Origin: Octopus vulgaris | Taxonomy: Eukaryota | DNA length: 64,000 nt | Reading direction: 5' to 3' | Assembly (NCBI GenBank): GCA_951406725.2 | Contig: OX597815.1 | Location: 210,986,001-211,050,000 of the forward strand | Part shown: piece after piece, positions 14,401 through 28,811 of the stretch | Position numbering within the stretch: the stretch's first letter is position 1 | Layout: every line of letters begins with the position of its first letter | Position numbers and translations under genes: made by a program | The notes under the pieces: model-generated | What the model was told of the DNA's origin: nothing | The model's database searches: none | What the model saw: the letters and a program-made list of their open reading frames with translations, nothing else

Positions 14401-17400
14401 TTAAATATTCATTGCATTCACTGCGTCCAATTCACAAATTTAAATATTCATTGCATTCACTGCGTCCAATTCACAAATTTAAATATTCATTGCATTCACT
14501 GCGTCCAATTCACAAATTTAAATATTCATTGCATTCACTGCGTCCAATTCACAAATTTAAATATTCATTGCATTCACTGCGTCCAATTCACAAATTTAAA
14601 TATTCATTGCATTCACTGCGTCCAATTCACAAATTTAAATATTCATTGCATTCACTGCGTCCAATTCACAAATTTAAATATTCATTGCATTCACTGCGTC
14701 CAATTCACAAATTTAAATATTCATTGCATTCACTGCGTCCAATTCACAAATTTAAATATTCATTGCATTCACTGCGTCCAATTCACAAATTTAAATATTC
14801 ATTGCATTCACTGCGTCCAATTCACAAATTTAAATATTCATTGCATTCACTGCGTCCAATTCACAAATTTAAATATTCATTGCATTCACTGCGTCCAATT
14901 CATAAATTTAAATATTCATTGCATTCACTGCGTCCAATTCACAAATTTAAATATTCATTGCATTCACTGCGTCCAATTCACAAATTAAAATATTCATTGC
15001 ATTCACTGCGTCCAATTCACAAATTTAAATATTCATTGCATTCACTGCGTCCAATTCCAAATTTAAATATTCATTGCATTCACTGCGTCCAATTCACAAA
15101 TTTAAATATTCATTGCATTCACTGCGTCCAATTCACAAATTTAAATATTCATTGCATTCACTGCGTCCAATTCACAAATTTAAATATTCATTGCATTCAC
15201 TGCGTCCAATTCACAAATTTAAATATTCATTGCATTCACTGCGTCCAATTCACAAATTTAAATATTCATTGCATTCACTGCGTCCAATTCACAAATTTAA
15301 ATATTCATTGCATTCACTGCGTCCAATTCACAAATTTAAATATTCATTGCATTCACTGCGTCCAATTCACAAATTTAAATATTCATTGCATTCACTGCGT
15401 CCAATTCACAAATTTAAATATTCATTGCATTCACTGCGTCCAATTCACAAATTTAAATATTCATTGCATTCACTGCGTCCAATTCACAAATTTAAATATT
15501 CATTGCATTCACTGCGTCCAATTCACAAATTTAAATATTCATTGCATTCACTGCGTCCAATTCACAAATTTAAATATTCATTGCATTCACAAATTTAAAT
15601 ATTCATTGTCCAATTCACAAATTTAAATATTCATTGCATTCACTGCGTCCAATTCACAAATTTAAATATTCATTGCATTCACTGCGTCCAATTCACAAAT
15701 TTAAATATTCATTGCATTCACTGCGTCCAATTCACAAATTTAAATATTCATTGCATTCACTGCGTCCAATTCACAAATTTAAATATTCATTGCATTTCGT
15801 CCAATTCATAAATTTAAATATTCATTGCATTCACTGCGTCCAATTCACAAATTTAAATATTCATTGCATTCACTGCGTCCAATTCACAAATTTAAATATT
15901 CATTGCATTCACTGCGTCCAATTCACAAATTTAAATATTCATTGCATTCACTGCGTCCAATTCACAAATTTAAATATTCATTGCATTCACTGCGTCCAAT
16001 TCACAAATTTAAATATTCATTGCATTCACTGCGTCCAATTCACAAATTTAAATATTCATTGCATTCACTGCGTCCAATTCTCAAATTTAAATATTCATTG
16101 CATTCACTGCGTCCAATTCTCAAATTTAAATATTCATTGCATTCACTGCGTCCAATTCACAAATTTAAATATTCATTGCATTCACTGCGTCCAATTCACA
16201 AATTTAAATATTCATTGCATTCACTGCGTCCAATTCACAAATTTAAATATTCATTGCATTCACTGCGTCCAATTCACAAATTTAAATATTCATTGCATTC
16301 ACTGCGTCCAATTCGCAAATTTAAATATTCATTGCATTCACTGCGTCCAATTCACAAATTTAAATATTCATTGCATTCACTGCGTCCAATTCACAAATTT
16401 AAATATTCATTGCATTCACTGCGTCCAATTCACAAATTTAAATATTCATTGCATTCACTGCGTCCAATTCACAAATTTAAATATTCATTGCATTCACTGC
16501 GTCCAATTCACAAATTTAAATATTCATTGCATTCACTGCGTCCAATTCACAAATTTAAATATTCATTGCATTCACTGCGTCCAATTCACAAATTTAAATA
16601 TTCATTGCATTCACTGCGTCCAATTCACAAATTTAAATATTCATTGCATTCACTGCGTCCAATTCATAAATTTAAATATTCATTGCATTCACTGCGTCCA
16701 ATTCACAAATTTAAATATTCATTGCATTCACTGCGTCCAATTCACAAATTTAAATATTCATTGCATTCACTGCGTCCAATTCACAAATTTAAATATTCAT
16801 TGCATTCACTGCGTCCAATTCACAAATTTAAATATTCATTGCATTCACTGCGTCCAATTCACAAATTTAAATATTCATTGCATTCACTGCGTCCAATTCA
16901 CAAATTTAAATATTCATTGCATTCACTGTGTCCAATTCACAAATTTAAATATTCATTGCATTCACTGCGTCCAATTCACAAATTTAAATATTCATTGCAT
17001 TCACTGCGTCCAATTCACAAATTTAAATATTCATTGCATTCACTGCGTCCAATTCACAAATTTAAATATTCATTGCATTCACTGCGTCCAATTCACAAAT
17101 TTAAATATTCATTGCATTCACTGCGTCCAATTCACAAATTTAAATATTCATTGCATTCACTGCGTGTCCAATTCACAAATTTAAATATTCATTGCATTCA
17201 CTGCGTCCAATTCACAAATTTAAATATTCATTGCATTCACTGCGTCCAATTCACAAATTTAAATATTCATTGCATTCACTGCGTCCAATTCACAAATTTA
17301 AATATTCATTGCATTCACTGCGTCCAATTCACAAATTTAAATATTCATTGCATTCACTGCGTCCAATTCACAAATTTAAATATTCATTGCATTCACTGCG

Positions 17401-20400
17401 TCCAATTCACAAATTTAAATATTCATTGCATTCACTGCGTCCAATTCACAAATTTAAATATTCATTGCATTCACTGCGTCCAATTCACAAATTTAAATAT
17501 TCATTGCATTCACTGCGTCCAATTCACAAATTTAAATATTCATTGCATTCACTGCGCAATTCAAATTTAAATATTCATTGCATTCACTGCGTCCAATTCA
17601 CAAATTTAAATATTCATTGCATTCACTGCGTCCAATTCACAAATTTAAATATTCATTGCATTCACTGCGTCCAATTCACAAATTTAAATATTCATTGCAT
17701 TCACTGCGTCCAATTCACAAATTTAAATATTCATTGCATTCACTGCGTCCAATTCACAAATTTAAATATTCATTGCATTCACTGCGTCCAATTCACAAAT
17801 TTAAATATTCATTGCATTCACTGCGTCCAATTCACAAATTTAAATATTCATTGCATTCACTGCGTCCAATTCACAAATTTAAATATTCATTGCATTCACT
17901 GCGTCCAATTCACAAATTTAAATATTCATTGCATTCACTGCGTCCAATTCGCAAATTTAAATATTCATTGCATTCACTGCGTCCAATTCACAAATTTAAA
18001 TATTCATTGCATTCACTGCGTCCAATTCACAAATTTAAATATTCATTGCATTCACTGCGTCCAATTCAAAATTTAAATATTCATTGCATTCACTGCGTCC
18101 AATTCACAAATTTAAATATTCATTGCATTCACTGCGTCCAATTCACAAATTTAAATATTCATTGCATTCACTGCGTCCAATTCACAAATTTAAATATTCA
18201 TTGCATTCACTGCGTCCAATTCAAAATTTAAATATTCATTGCATTCATGGTCCACAAATTTAAATATTCATTGCATTCACTGCGTCCAATTCGCAAATTT
18301 AAATATTCATTGCATTCACTGCGTCCAATTCACAAATTTAAATATTCATTGCATTCACAGCGTCCAATTCATAAATTTAAATATTCATTGCATTCACTGC
18401 GTCCAATTCATAAATTTAAATATTCATTGCATTCACTGCGTCCAATTCACAAATTTAAATATTCATTGCATTCACTGCGTCCAATTCACAAATTTAAATA
18501 TTCATTGCATTCACTGCGTCCAATTCACAAATTTAAATATTCATTGCATTCACTGCGTCCAATTCAAATTTAAATATTCATTGCATTATATTCATTGCAT
18601 TCACTGCGTCCAATTCACAAATTTAAATATTCATTGCATTCACTGCGTCCAATTCACAAATTTAAATATTCATTGCATTCACTGCGTCCAATTCACAAAT
18701 TTAAATATTCATTGCATTCACTGCGTCCAATTCACAAATTTAAATATTCATTGCATTCACTGCGTCCAATTCACAAATTTAAATATTCATTGCATTCACT
18801 GCGTCCAATTCAAATTTAAATATTCATTGCATTCACTGCGTCCAATTAAATATTCATTGCATTCACTGCGTCCAATTCACAAATTTAAATATTCATTGCA
18901 TTCACTGCGTCCAATTCACAAATTTAAATATTCATTGCATTCACTGCGTCCAATTCACAAATTTAAATATTCATTGCATTCACTGCGTCCAATTCACAAA
19001 TTTAAATATTCATTGCATTCACTGCGTCCAATTCACAAATTTAAATATTCATTGCATTCACTGCGTCCAATTCACAAATTTAAATATTCATTGCATTCAC
19101 TGCGTCCAATTCACAAATTTAAATATTCATTGCATTCACTGCGTCCAATTCACAAATTTAAATATTCATTGCATTCACTGCGTCCAATTCACAAATTTAA
19201 ATATTCATTGCATTCACTGTGTCCAATTCACAAATTTAAATATTCACTGCATTCACTGCGTCCAATTCACAAATTTAAATATTCATTGCATTCACTGCGT
19301 CCAATTCACAAATTTAAATATTCATTGCATTCACTGCGTCCAATTCACAAATTTAAATATTCATTGCATTCACTGCGTCCAATTCACAAATTTAAATATT
19401 CATTGCATTCACTGCGTCCAATTCACAAATTTAAATATTCATTGCATTCACTGCGTCCAATTCACAAATTTAAATATTCATTGCATTCACTGCGTCCAAT
19501 TCACAAATTTAAATATTCATTGCATTCACTGCGTCCAATTCACAAATTTAAATATTCATTGCATTCACTGCGTCCAATTCACAAATTTAAATATTCATTG
19601 CATTCACTGCGTCCAATTCACAAATTTAAATATTCATTGCATTCACTGCGTCCAATTCACAAATTTAAATATTCATTGCATTCACTGCGTCCAATTCACA
19701 AATTTAAATATTCATTGCATTCACTGCGTCCAATTCACAAATTTAAATATTCATTGCATTCACTGCGTCCAATTCACAAATTTAAATATTCATTGCATTC
19801 ACTGCGTCCAATTCACAAATTTAAATATTCATTGCATTCACTGCGTCCAATTCACAAATTTAAATATTCATTGCATTCACTGCGTCCAATTCACAAATTT
19901 AAATATTCATTGCATTCACTGCGTCCAATTCACAAATTTAAATATTCATTGCATTCACTGCGTCCAATTCACAAATTTAAATATTCATTGCATTCACTGC
20001 GTCCAATTCACAAATTTAAATATTCATTGCATTCACTGCGTCCAATTCACAAATTTAAATATTCATTGCATTCACTGCGTCCAATTCACAAATTTAAATA
20101 TTCATTGCATTCACTGCGTCCAATTCACAAATTTAAATATTCATTGCATTCACTGCGTCCAATTCACAAATTTAAATATTCATTGCATTCACTGCGTCCA
20201 ATTCACAAATTTAAATATTCGTTGCATTCACTGCGTCCAATTCGCAAATTTAAATATTCATTGCATTCACTGCGTCCAATTCACAAATTTAAATATTCAT
20301 TGCATTCACTGCGTCCAATTCACAAATTTAAATATTCATTGCATTCACTTCGTCCAATTCACAAATTTAAATATTCATTGCATTCACTGCGTCCAATTCG

Positions 20401-23400
20401 CAAATTTAAATATTCATTGCATTCACTGCGTCCAATTCACAAATTTAAATATTCATTGCATTCACTGCGTCCAATTCACAAATTTAAATATTCATTGCAT
20501 TCACTGCGTCCAATTCACAAATTTAAATATTCATTGCATTCACTGCGTCCAATTCACAAATTTAAATATTCATTGCATTCACTGCGTCCAATTCACAAAT
20601 TTAAATATTCATTGCATTCACTGCGTCCAATTCACAAATTTAAATATTCATTGCATTCACTGCGTCCAATTCACAAATTTAAATATTCATTGCATTCACT
20701 GCGTCCAATTCACAAATTTAAATATTCATTGCATTCACTGTGTCCAATTCACAAATTTAAATATTCATTGCATTCACTGCGTCCAATTCACAAATTTAAA
20801 TATTCATTGCATTCACTGCGTCCAATTCCCAAATTTAAATATTCATTGCATTCACTGCGTCCAATTCACAAATTTAAATATTCATTGCATTCACTGTGTC
20901 CAATTCACAAATTTAAATATTCATTGCATTCACTGCGTCCAATTCGTCAATTCAAATTTAAATATTCATTGCATTCACTGTGTCCAATTCACAAATTTAA
21001 ATATTCATTGCATTCACTGCGTCCAATTCACAAATTTAAATATTCATTGCATTCACTGCGTCCAATTCACAAATTTAAATATTCATTGCATTCACTGCGT
21101 CCAATTCCAAATTTAAATATTCATTGCATTCACTGCGTCCAATTCACAAATTTAAATATTCATTGCATTCACTGCGTCCAATTCCAAATTTAAATATTCA
21201 TTGCATTCACTGCGTCCAATTCACAAATTTAAATATTCATTGCATTCACTGCGTCCAATTCACAAATTTAAATATTCATTGCATTCACTGCGTCCAATTC
21301 ACAAATTTAAATATTCATTGCATTCACTGCGTCCAATTCACAAATTTAAATATTCATTGCATTCACTGCGTCCAATTCACAAATTTAAATATTCATTGCA
21401 TTCACTGTGTCCAATTCACAAATTTAAATATTCATTGCATTCACTGCGTCCAATTCACAAATTTAAATATTCATTGCATTCACTGCGTCCAATTCACAAA
21501 TTTAAATATTCATTGCATTCACTGCGTCCAATTCACAAATTTAAATATTCATTGCATTCACTGCGTCCAATTCACAAATTTAAATATTCATTGCATTCAC
21601 TGCGTCCAATTCACAAATTTAAATATTCATTGCATTCACTGCGTTCCAATTCACAAATTTAAATATTCATTGCATTCACTGCGTCCAATTCACAAATTTA
21701 AATATTCATTGCATTCACTGCGTTCAATTCACAAATTTAAATATTCATTGCATTCACTCCGTCCAATTCCAAATTTAAATATTCATTGCATTCACTGCGT
21801 CCAATTCACAAATTTAAATATTCATTGCATTCACTGCGTCCAATTCACAAATTTAAATATTCATTGCATTCACTGTGTCCAATTCACAAATTTAAATATT
21901 CATTGCATTCACTGCGTCCAATTCACAAATTTAAATATTCATTGCATTCACTGCGTCCAATTCACAAATTTAAATATTCATTGCATTCACTGCGTCCAAT
22001 TCACAAATTTAAATATTCATTGCATTCACTGCGTCCAATTCACAAATTTAAATATTCATTGCATTCACTGCGTCCAATTCACAAATTTAAATATTCATTG
22101 CATTCACTGCGTCCAATTCACAAATTTAAATATTCATTGCATTCACTGCGTCCAATTCACAAATTTAAATATTCATTGCATTCACTGCGTCCAATTCACA
22201 AATTTAAATATTCATTGCATTCACTGCGTCCAATTCACAAATTTAAATATTCATTGCATTCACTGCGTCCAATTCACAAATTTAAATATTCATTGCATTC
22301 ACTGCGTCCAATTCACAAATTTAAATATTCATTGCATTCACTGCGTCCAATTCACAAATTTAAATATTCATTGCATTCACTGCGTCCAATTCACAAATTT
22401 AAATATTCATTGCATTCACTGCGTCCAATTCGCAAATTTAAATATTCATTGCATTCACTGCGTCCAATTCACAAATTTAAATATTCATTGCATTCACTGC
22501 GTCCAATTCACAAATTTAAATATTCATTGCATTCACTGCGTCCAATTCACAAATTTAAATATTCATTGCATTCACTGCGTCCAATTCACAAATTTAAATA
22601 TTCATTGCATTCACTGCGTCCAATTCACAAATTTAAATATTCATTGCATTCACTGCGTCCAATTCACAAATTTAAATATTCATTGCATTCACTGCGTCCA
22701 ATTCACAAATTTAAATATTCATTGCATTCACTGCGTCCAATTCCAAATTTAAATATTCATTGCATTCACTGCGTCCAATTCACAAATTTAAATATTCATT
22801 GCATTCACTGCGTCCAATTCACAAATTTAAATATTCATTGCATTCACTGCGTCCAATTCACAAATTTAAATATTCATTGCATTCACTGCGTCCAATTCAT
22901 AAATTTAAATATTCATTGCATTCACTGCGTCCAATTCATAAATTTAAATATTCATTGCATTCACTGCGTCCAATTCACAAATTTAAATATTCATTGCATT
23001 CACTGCGTCCAATTCATAAATTTAAATATTCATTGCATTCACTGCGTCCAATTCACAAATTTAAATATTCATTGCATTCACTGAGTCCAATTCACAAATT
23101 TAAATATTCATTGCATTCACTGCGTCCAATTCGCAAATTTAAATATTCATTGCATTCACTGCGTCCAATTCACAAATTTAAATATTCATTGCATTCACTG
23201 CGTCCAATTCACAAATTTAAATATTCATTGCATTCACTGCGTCCAATTCACAAATTTAAATATTCATTGCATTCACTGCGTCCAATTCACAAATTTAAAT
23301 ATTCATTGCATTCACTGCGTCCAATTCACAAATTTAAATATTCATTGCATTCACTGCGTCCAATTCACAAATTTAAATATTCATTGCATTCACTGCGTCC

Positions 23401-24739
23401 AATTCGCAAATTTAAATATTCATTGCATTCACTGTGTCCAATTCACAAATTTAAATATTCATTGCATTCACTGCGTCCAATTCACAAATTTAAATATTCA
23501 TTGCATTCACTGCGTCCAATTCACAAATTTAAATATTCATTGCATTCACTGCGTCCAATTCACAAATTTAAATATTCATTGCATTCACTGTGTCCAATTC
23601 ACAAATTTAAATATTCATTGCATTCACTGCGTCCAATTCACAAATTTAAATATTCATTGCATTCACTGCGTCCAATTCACAAATTTAAATATTCATTGCA
23701 TTCACTGCGTCCAATTCGCAAATTTAAATATTCATTGCATTCACTGTGTCCAATTCACAAATTTAAATATTCATTGCATTCACTGCGTCCAATTCACAAA
23801 TTTAAATATTCATTGCATTCACTGCGTCCAATTCACAAATTTAAATATTCATTGCATTCACTGCGTCCAATTCACAAATTTAAATATTCATTGCATTCAC
23901 TGTGTCCAATTCACAAATTTAAATATTCATTGCATTCACTCCGTTCAATTCGCAAATTTAAATATTCATTGCATTCACTGCGTCCAATTCACAAATTTAA
24001 ATATTCATTGCATTCACTGCGTCCAATTCACAAATTTAAATATTCATTGCATTCACTCCGTTCAATTCGCAAATTTAAATATTCATTGCATTCACTGCGT
24101 CCAATTCGCAAATTTAAATATTCATTGCATTGTCCATTCACATTGATTCACTGCGTCCAATTCACAAATTTAAATATTCATTGCATTCACTGCGTCCAAT
24201 TCACAAATTTAAATATTCATTGCATTCACTGCGTCCAATTCACAAATTTAAATATTCATTGCATTCACTGCGTCCAATTCACAAATTTAAATATTCATTG
24301 CATTCACTGTGTCCAATTCACAAATTTAAATATTCATTGCATTCACTGCGTCCAATTCACAAATTTAAATATTCATTGCATTCACTGCGTCCAATTCGCA
24401 AATTTAAATATTCATTGCATTCACTGCGTCCAATTCACAAATTTAAATATTCATTGCATTCACTGCGTCCAATTCACAAATTTAAATATTCATTGCATTC
24501 ACTGCGTCCAATTCACAAATTTAAATATTCATTGCATTCACTGCGTCCAATTCACAAATTTAAATATTCATTGCATTCACTGCGTTCAATTCACAAATTT
24601 AAAAATTCATTGCATTCACTGCGTCCAATTCGCAAATTTAAATATTCATTGCATTCACTGCGTCCAATTCACAAATTTAAATATTCATTGCATTCACTGT
24701 GTCCAATTCACAAATTTAAATATTCATTGCATTCACTGC
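8446..24739. repeat. 39-bp tandem satellite, ~415 assembled copies, consensus CCAATTCACAAATTTAAATATTCATTGCATTCACTGCGT
   Basis: Directly visible head-to-tail repeat with few variants (CAC>CAT/CGC, GCG>GTG, CC>TC) and no spacers; includes an assembly gap, so the true length is unknown. Confidence 0.98.
10694..10793. other. Assembly gap (100 N)
   Basis: Run of N inside the satellite. Confidence 0.99.
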
Positions 24740-25321
24740 TGAGTATTCCATCTCATTTGCAAAGTCTCTCACTTTTAAGCTTTCATTCGCTATTTGGAAG
24801 ACCTACAATTTATTCTATTAATGTATACGTAATTCCTTATTTACTGAATGAAAATTTTTTAAATACTCGTATAATTTTTGAACGCGAGACAGCTGTGAGA
24901 AGAGCCTTGAAAGTTGGGCAATTACTATTAGAAGACAAGGAGAAAAAAATTTACCGACAAGTACTCGGAACTTGCACCGTATTCACAGTTTGCAAACACT
25001 CTGTACCCCTAAGCCAATATCTATATACGCAAGCAAGTTGCAAGTGCGACTTCAACAGTGACACACTCGCGTTACCGCAGAGATGCATATACACACAAAT
25101 GAAACGCAGTGAATATGTGTGTGTGTGTGCGTGTGTGTGTGTGTGTCTGTGTTTTCTGCTCACTGACGAAACTTTGAAGTGCAAAACGAATCTGGCCAAA
25201 ATAGTTCTGGAGCCTATGTAAGTGCACGCTTGTACGTGTTTGCAGAACGGTGTGTAAACTAGATTTACATATATATAGTTCTCTAAATCTATGAATTATA
25301 GTACAACTGTAACCTCATATA

Positions 25322-25555
25322 TATTTCTTTATTGCCCACAAGGGTCTAAACAAAGAGAGGACAAACAAGGACAGACAAACGGATTAAGTCTATTATATAG
25401 ACCCCAGTGCGTAACTAGTACTTATTTAATCGACCCCGAAAGGATGAAAGGCAAAGTCGATCTCGGTGGAATTTGAACTCAGAACGTAGCGGCAGACAAA
25501 ATACTGCTAAGCATTTCGCCCGGCGTGCTAACGTTTCTGCCAGCTCACCGCCTTA
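25322..25555 (-). mobile_element. SINE family B with TSD
   Basis: Full family B sequence; TSD TGTAACCTCATATA at 25308-25321 and 25556-25569. Confidence 0.9.
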
Positions 25556-25599
25556 TGTAACCTCATATAGTTTACATCTATAACGCCTATAGTCAACAT

Positions 25600-25935
25600 T
25601 CATTCGTGTATGATGGACTCTCCCGTCGTCGAAGATAACGTTTGTGTGTTCAGCTTTTTTCTTCCTTTTTTTATTTTTTGTTGAGCGGCCTGCTCAAATG
25701 ATTTGTTTCCAGTGCTCAAATGTATGTGTTGTACGTTAGCTCACTCCCTCCATCAAATCGACGTTGCCTGAACAGGTGCGCGGTGTGCCACAGGTCAGGT
25801 GTCGAAGTGACTGCAGAACAACGTTAGATGAAGTGTTTTGCTCAAGAACACAACGTACCACCCGGTCTAGGAATTGAAACTGTGACCTCACGATCGTGAG
25901 TGTAACACCCTAATCAGTAAGCCATACGTCCTCAT
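25600..25935 (-). mobile_element. Older tRNA-head SINE: family C-like head, different 3' part
   Basis: Minus strand reads GGCTTACTGATTAGGGTG..CACGATCGTGAGGTC..TTCAATTCC..GTGTTCTTGAGCAAAACACTTCAT. Confidence 0.65.
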
Positions 25936-26065
25936 ATAAGTTATTCACAGTGGTGTGTGTGTGTGTGTGTGTTGTCTGTATTGCATTAACCTACACGTGC
26001 AATCATTAACATACATTACAAATAATCATGGTACTGAAGTCATTGGTATAGGCATTGGGCGCTAA

Positions 26066-26298
26066 GGTGGCGAGCTGGCAGAAACGTTAGCACGCCGCGC
26101 GAAATGCTTAGCAGTATTTCGTCTGCCGCTAAGTTCTGCGTTCAAATTCCGCCGAGGTCGACTGTGCCTTTCATCCTTTCGGGGTCGATAAATTAAGTAC
26201 AAGTTACGCACTGGGGTCGATATAATCGACTTAATCCGTTTGTCTGTCCTTGTTTGTCCTCTCTGTGTTTAGCCCCTTGTGGGTAGTAAAGAAATAGG
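26066..26298 (+). mobile_element. SINE family B with TSD
   Basis: Full family B sequence; flanks GGCATTGGGCGCTA / GGTATTGGGCGCTA. Confidence 0.9.
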
Positions 26299-27495
26299 TA
26301 TTGGGCGCTATTCTTTCATGTTATGAATACTACCTCTTTACTCCTCAACACTTTTGTCCTAATATACGCTTAAGCTTAATAGCAAAAACCTGAATTGCTT
26401 TTCAAATACACATGGTCTCTCTAACAGTCACAACTATTACAGTGGCGAATCCAGAACAATAATTGTTTCCAAGGAGTTCTCGCTAGTGGAAATATCGTAA
26501 GTCGCCAATATAGTATTCACTACAAACTTCACTAGTTGTTTTCCGATGCGGAATAGACATTCATTTCAAGCCGTTATTTTCTAGTGATATTCCTTCGTGC
26601 GTGTAGTGGAACAGGCGTCAAATCATACATACAGAAGGGACCACCGGCAATAATTTAAAATAGATTTTCACGAATTTACGACTAGAATTTTTTCGATAAA
26701 TGCAAAGAAGTGTCTTTCTAGGGAAAAAGTCGTATCAGTAGTGAAGCAGTGAAGTTAGACTTGTAAATAACAGTTGCCTTACTACAACATTCCTTGTGTA
26801 AGGCATGAGAACGTGAAAAGCTAACGCAAATTGCAGAACAGTCAGGAGTATTTTAGAGGACTTTTGAATTGAATCGAAACGCCATACAATTTACTCCCTC
26901 CAAAAATGCTAGGAATGATCTCTCGATCTGGTATATGAAGAGGATGAAAATTTGTTGTCCAAATCAATTTTAGTGCAAATAGTTGTGCCAGAAAACTAAG
27001 TTCGTTGAGAAGAAATATGCTATTTTACCTGGTAATGAATCCCCCATCAACCAACGGCACCAGCAGCTCAATATATTCCGCCCTCAAGAAAATTTGCTCA
27101 GACTCAATATATAACTAGTATAGATTTCACAAAATATACTTACGAGTTAACACATTTGAATTTCTAAATAAACACACCAACAATTTCACATCAATATAGT
27201 CATATTACCATGTATGTATGTATGTATGTATGTATGTATGTATGTATGTATGTATGTATGTATGTATGTATGTATGTATGTATGTATGTGTGTGTATGTA
27301 TGTATGTATGTATGCATGCAAGTATGTATGAATCTGTGTATGTCATTATTCAGTTTTATTTCAAGATTTCTTGCCAATAGAGAAAGAATCGGTTTCTAAC
27401 CTACATCCAAGGCTCCTTCATTGGAATATCAGCATCAACAGGGTATTTTTGTATGTATGTGTGTATGTATGCATGTATGTATGTATGTATGTATG

Positions 27496-27529
<34 letters not shown>

Positions 27530-27639
27530 TGTATGTAGTGAGAATTTACAAGAAAACAAAAGTCGAAGACGGGTGTGTAAACAACAAACAGATGTATTAG
27601 TTTAACGCTCGGGAAGTGAGAAACTGAAAGAAGCCTGTC

Positions 27640-27673
<34 letters not shown>

Positions 27674-27760
27674 CAACAAAAGAATGAGTGAGACCTCGAT
27701 ATTATGTAAATAGAGGAAATTATCTATAAATATATTATGTGACAATTAGTTCGTGGTCAT

Positions 27761-27820
27761 AATAAAACTCAGAGTTTCGGATGCCGTGGCTGAAGTCTGC
27801 TCCGGCATCTCATCAGTAAT
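27761..27820 (-). ncRNA. Type I hammerhead ribozyme motif (left arm of an inverted pair)
   Basis: Minus strand reads CTGATGA GATGCCG..CGGCATC C GAAAC TCTGA GTT; stem I is weak. Confidence 0.65.
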
Positions 27821-27841
27821 CAAGACAGACCTTTTTTTTTA

Positions 27842-27902
27842 AATAACTGATGAGATGCCGGAGCAGACTTCAGCTCCAGCATCTGAAACTCTGAGTTTTA
27901 TA
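27842..27902 (+). ncRNA. Type I hammerhead ribozyme motif (right arm of an inverted pair)
   Basis: ATAA CTGATGA (27847-53) GATGC..GCATC T GAAAC (27885-89) TCTGA GTT TTAT. Confidence 0.7.
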
Positions 27903-28774
27903 ATGACAACCAACTAATTGTCACATATTATATATGTATGTATGTATGTATTTATGTATGTATGTATGTTTGTATGTATGTATGTATTATGTATGTATGT
28001 ATGTTTGTATGTATGTATGTATGTTTGTATGTATGTATGCATGTATGTATTTATGTATGTATGTTTGTTTGTATGTATGTTTGTATGTATGTATGTATGT
28101 ATGTATGTATGTATGTATGTATGTATGTATGTATATATGTATGTATTATGTATGTTTGTATGTATGTATGTATGTATGTATGTATTTATGTATGTATGTA
28201 TGTATGTTTGTATGTATGTATGTATGTATGTATGTATGTATGTATGTATGTATAAGTGTGTTTGTGTTTGTCCCTTCACCATCGCTTGACAACCGATCTT
28301 GGCGTGTCTGTGTCCCCGTAACTAAGTGGTTCGGCAAAAGATTCTGATAGAATGGGTACCAAACTCAAAAATAAAGAAAAACAAAAAAATAAGAAAGATA
28401 CTGAGGTCGATTCATTCGGTTAAAAATTCTTCTAGGCTCTGCTCCAGCTTGACCACAGTCTAATGACTAAATCAAGTAGATAATAAAACATAAAAGATAA
28501 AAAGTTATAACAGAAATTATGTATTTGTGAAATGTGTGGGTTTCTACATCGAGAAAGCCATGTATTTTGTCTACCGAAGTATCTTTTCGTGTGTTTTCAT
28601 TAATAACTGATTACAACAAGTTCTTCATTAAATATAAGTCCGTCTTTTGTTTCCATTCTTAATAGGTTTTCATATGAGATTTCAGCTGCTGCTTTCGCTA
28701 ATGCGACAATTTCAATGTACATCCCACCTTTTCTCTTAGTAACAATTTTAAATTAAGACGATGTATTTGTATGT

Positions 28775-28811
<37 letters not shown>

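Noticed and set aside
8446-24739. CRISPR array or giant repeat-protein gene
   Set aside because: There are no unique spacers or cas genes and the context is eukaryotic; the long ORFs arise because the 39-bp unit lacks stops in two frames, and they are broken by indels.
24740-25221. Unique open frame continuing from the satellite
   Set aside because: No recognisable domain, it runs through a (TG)n tract, and it has no start or splice support.
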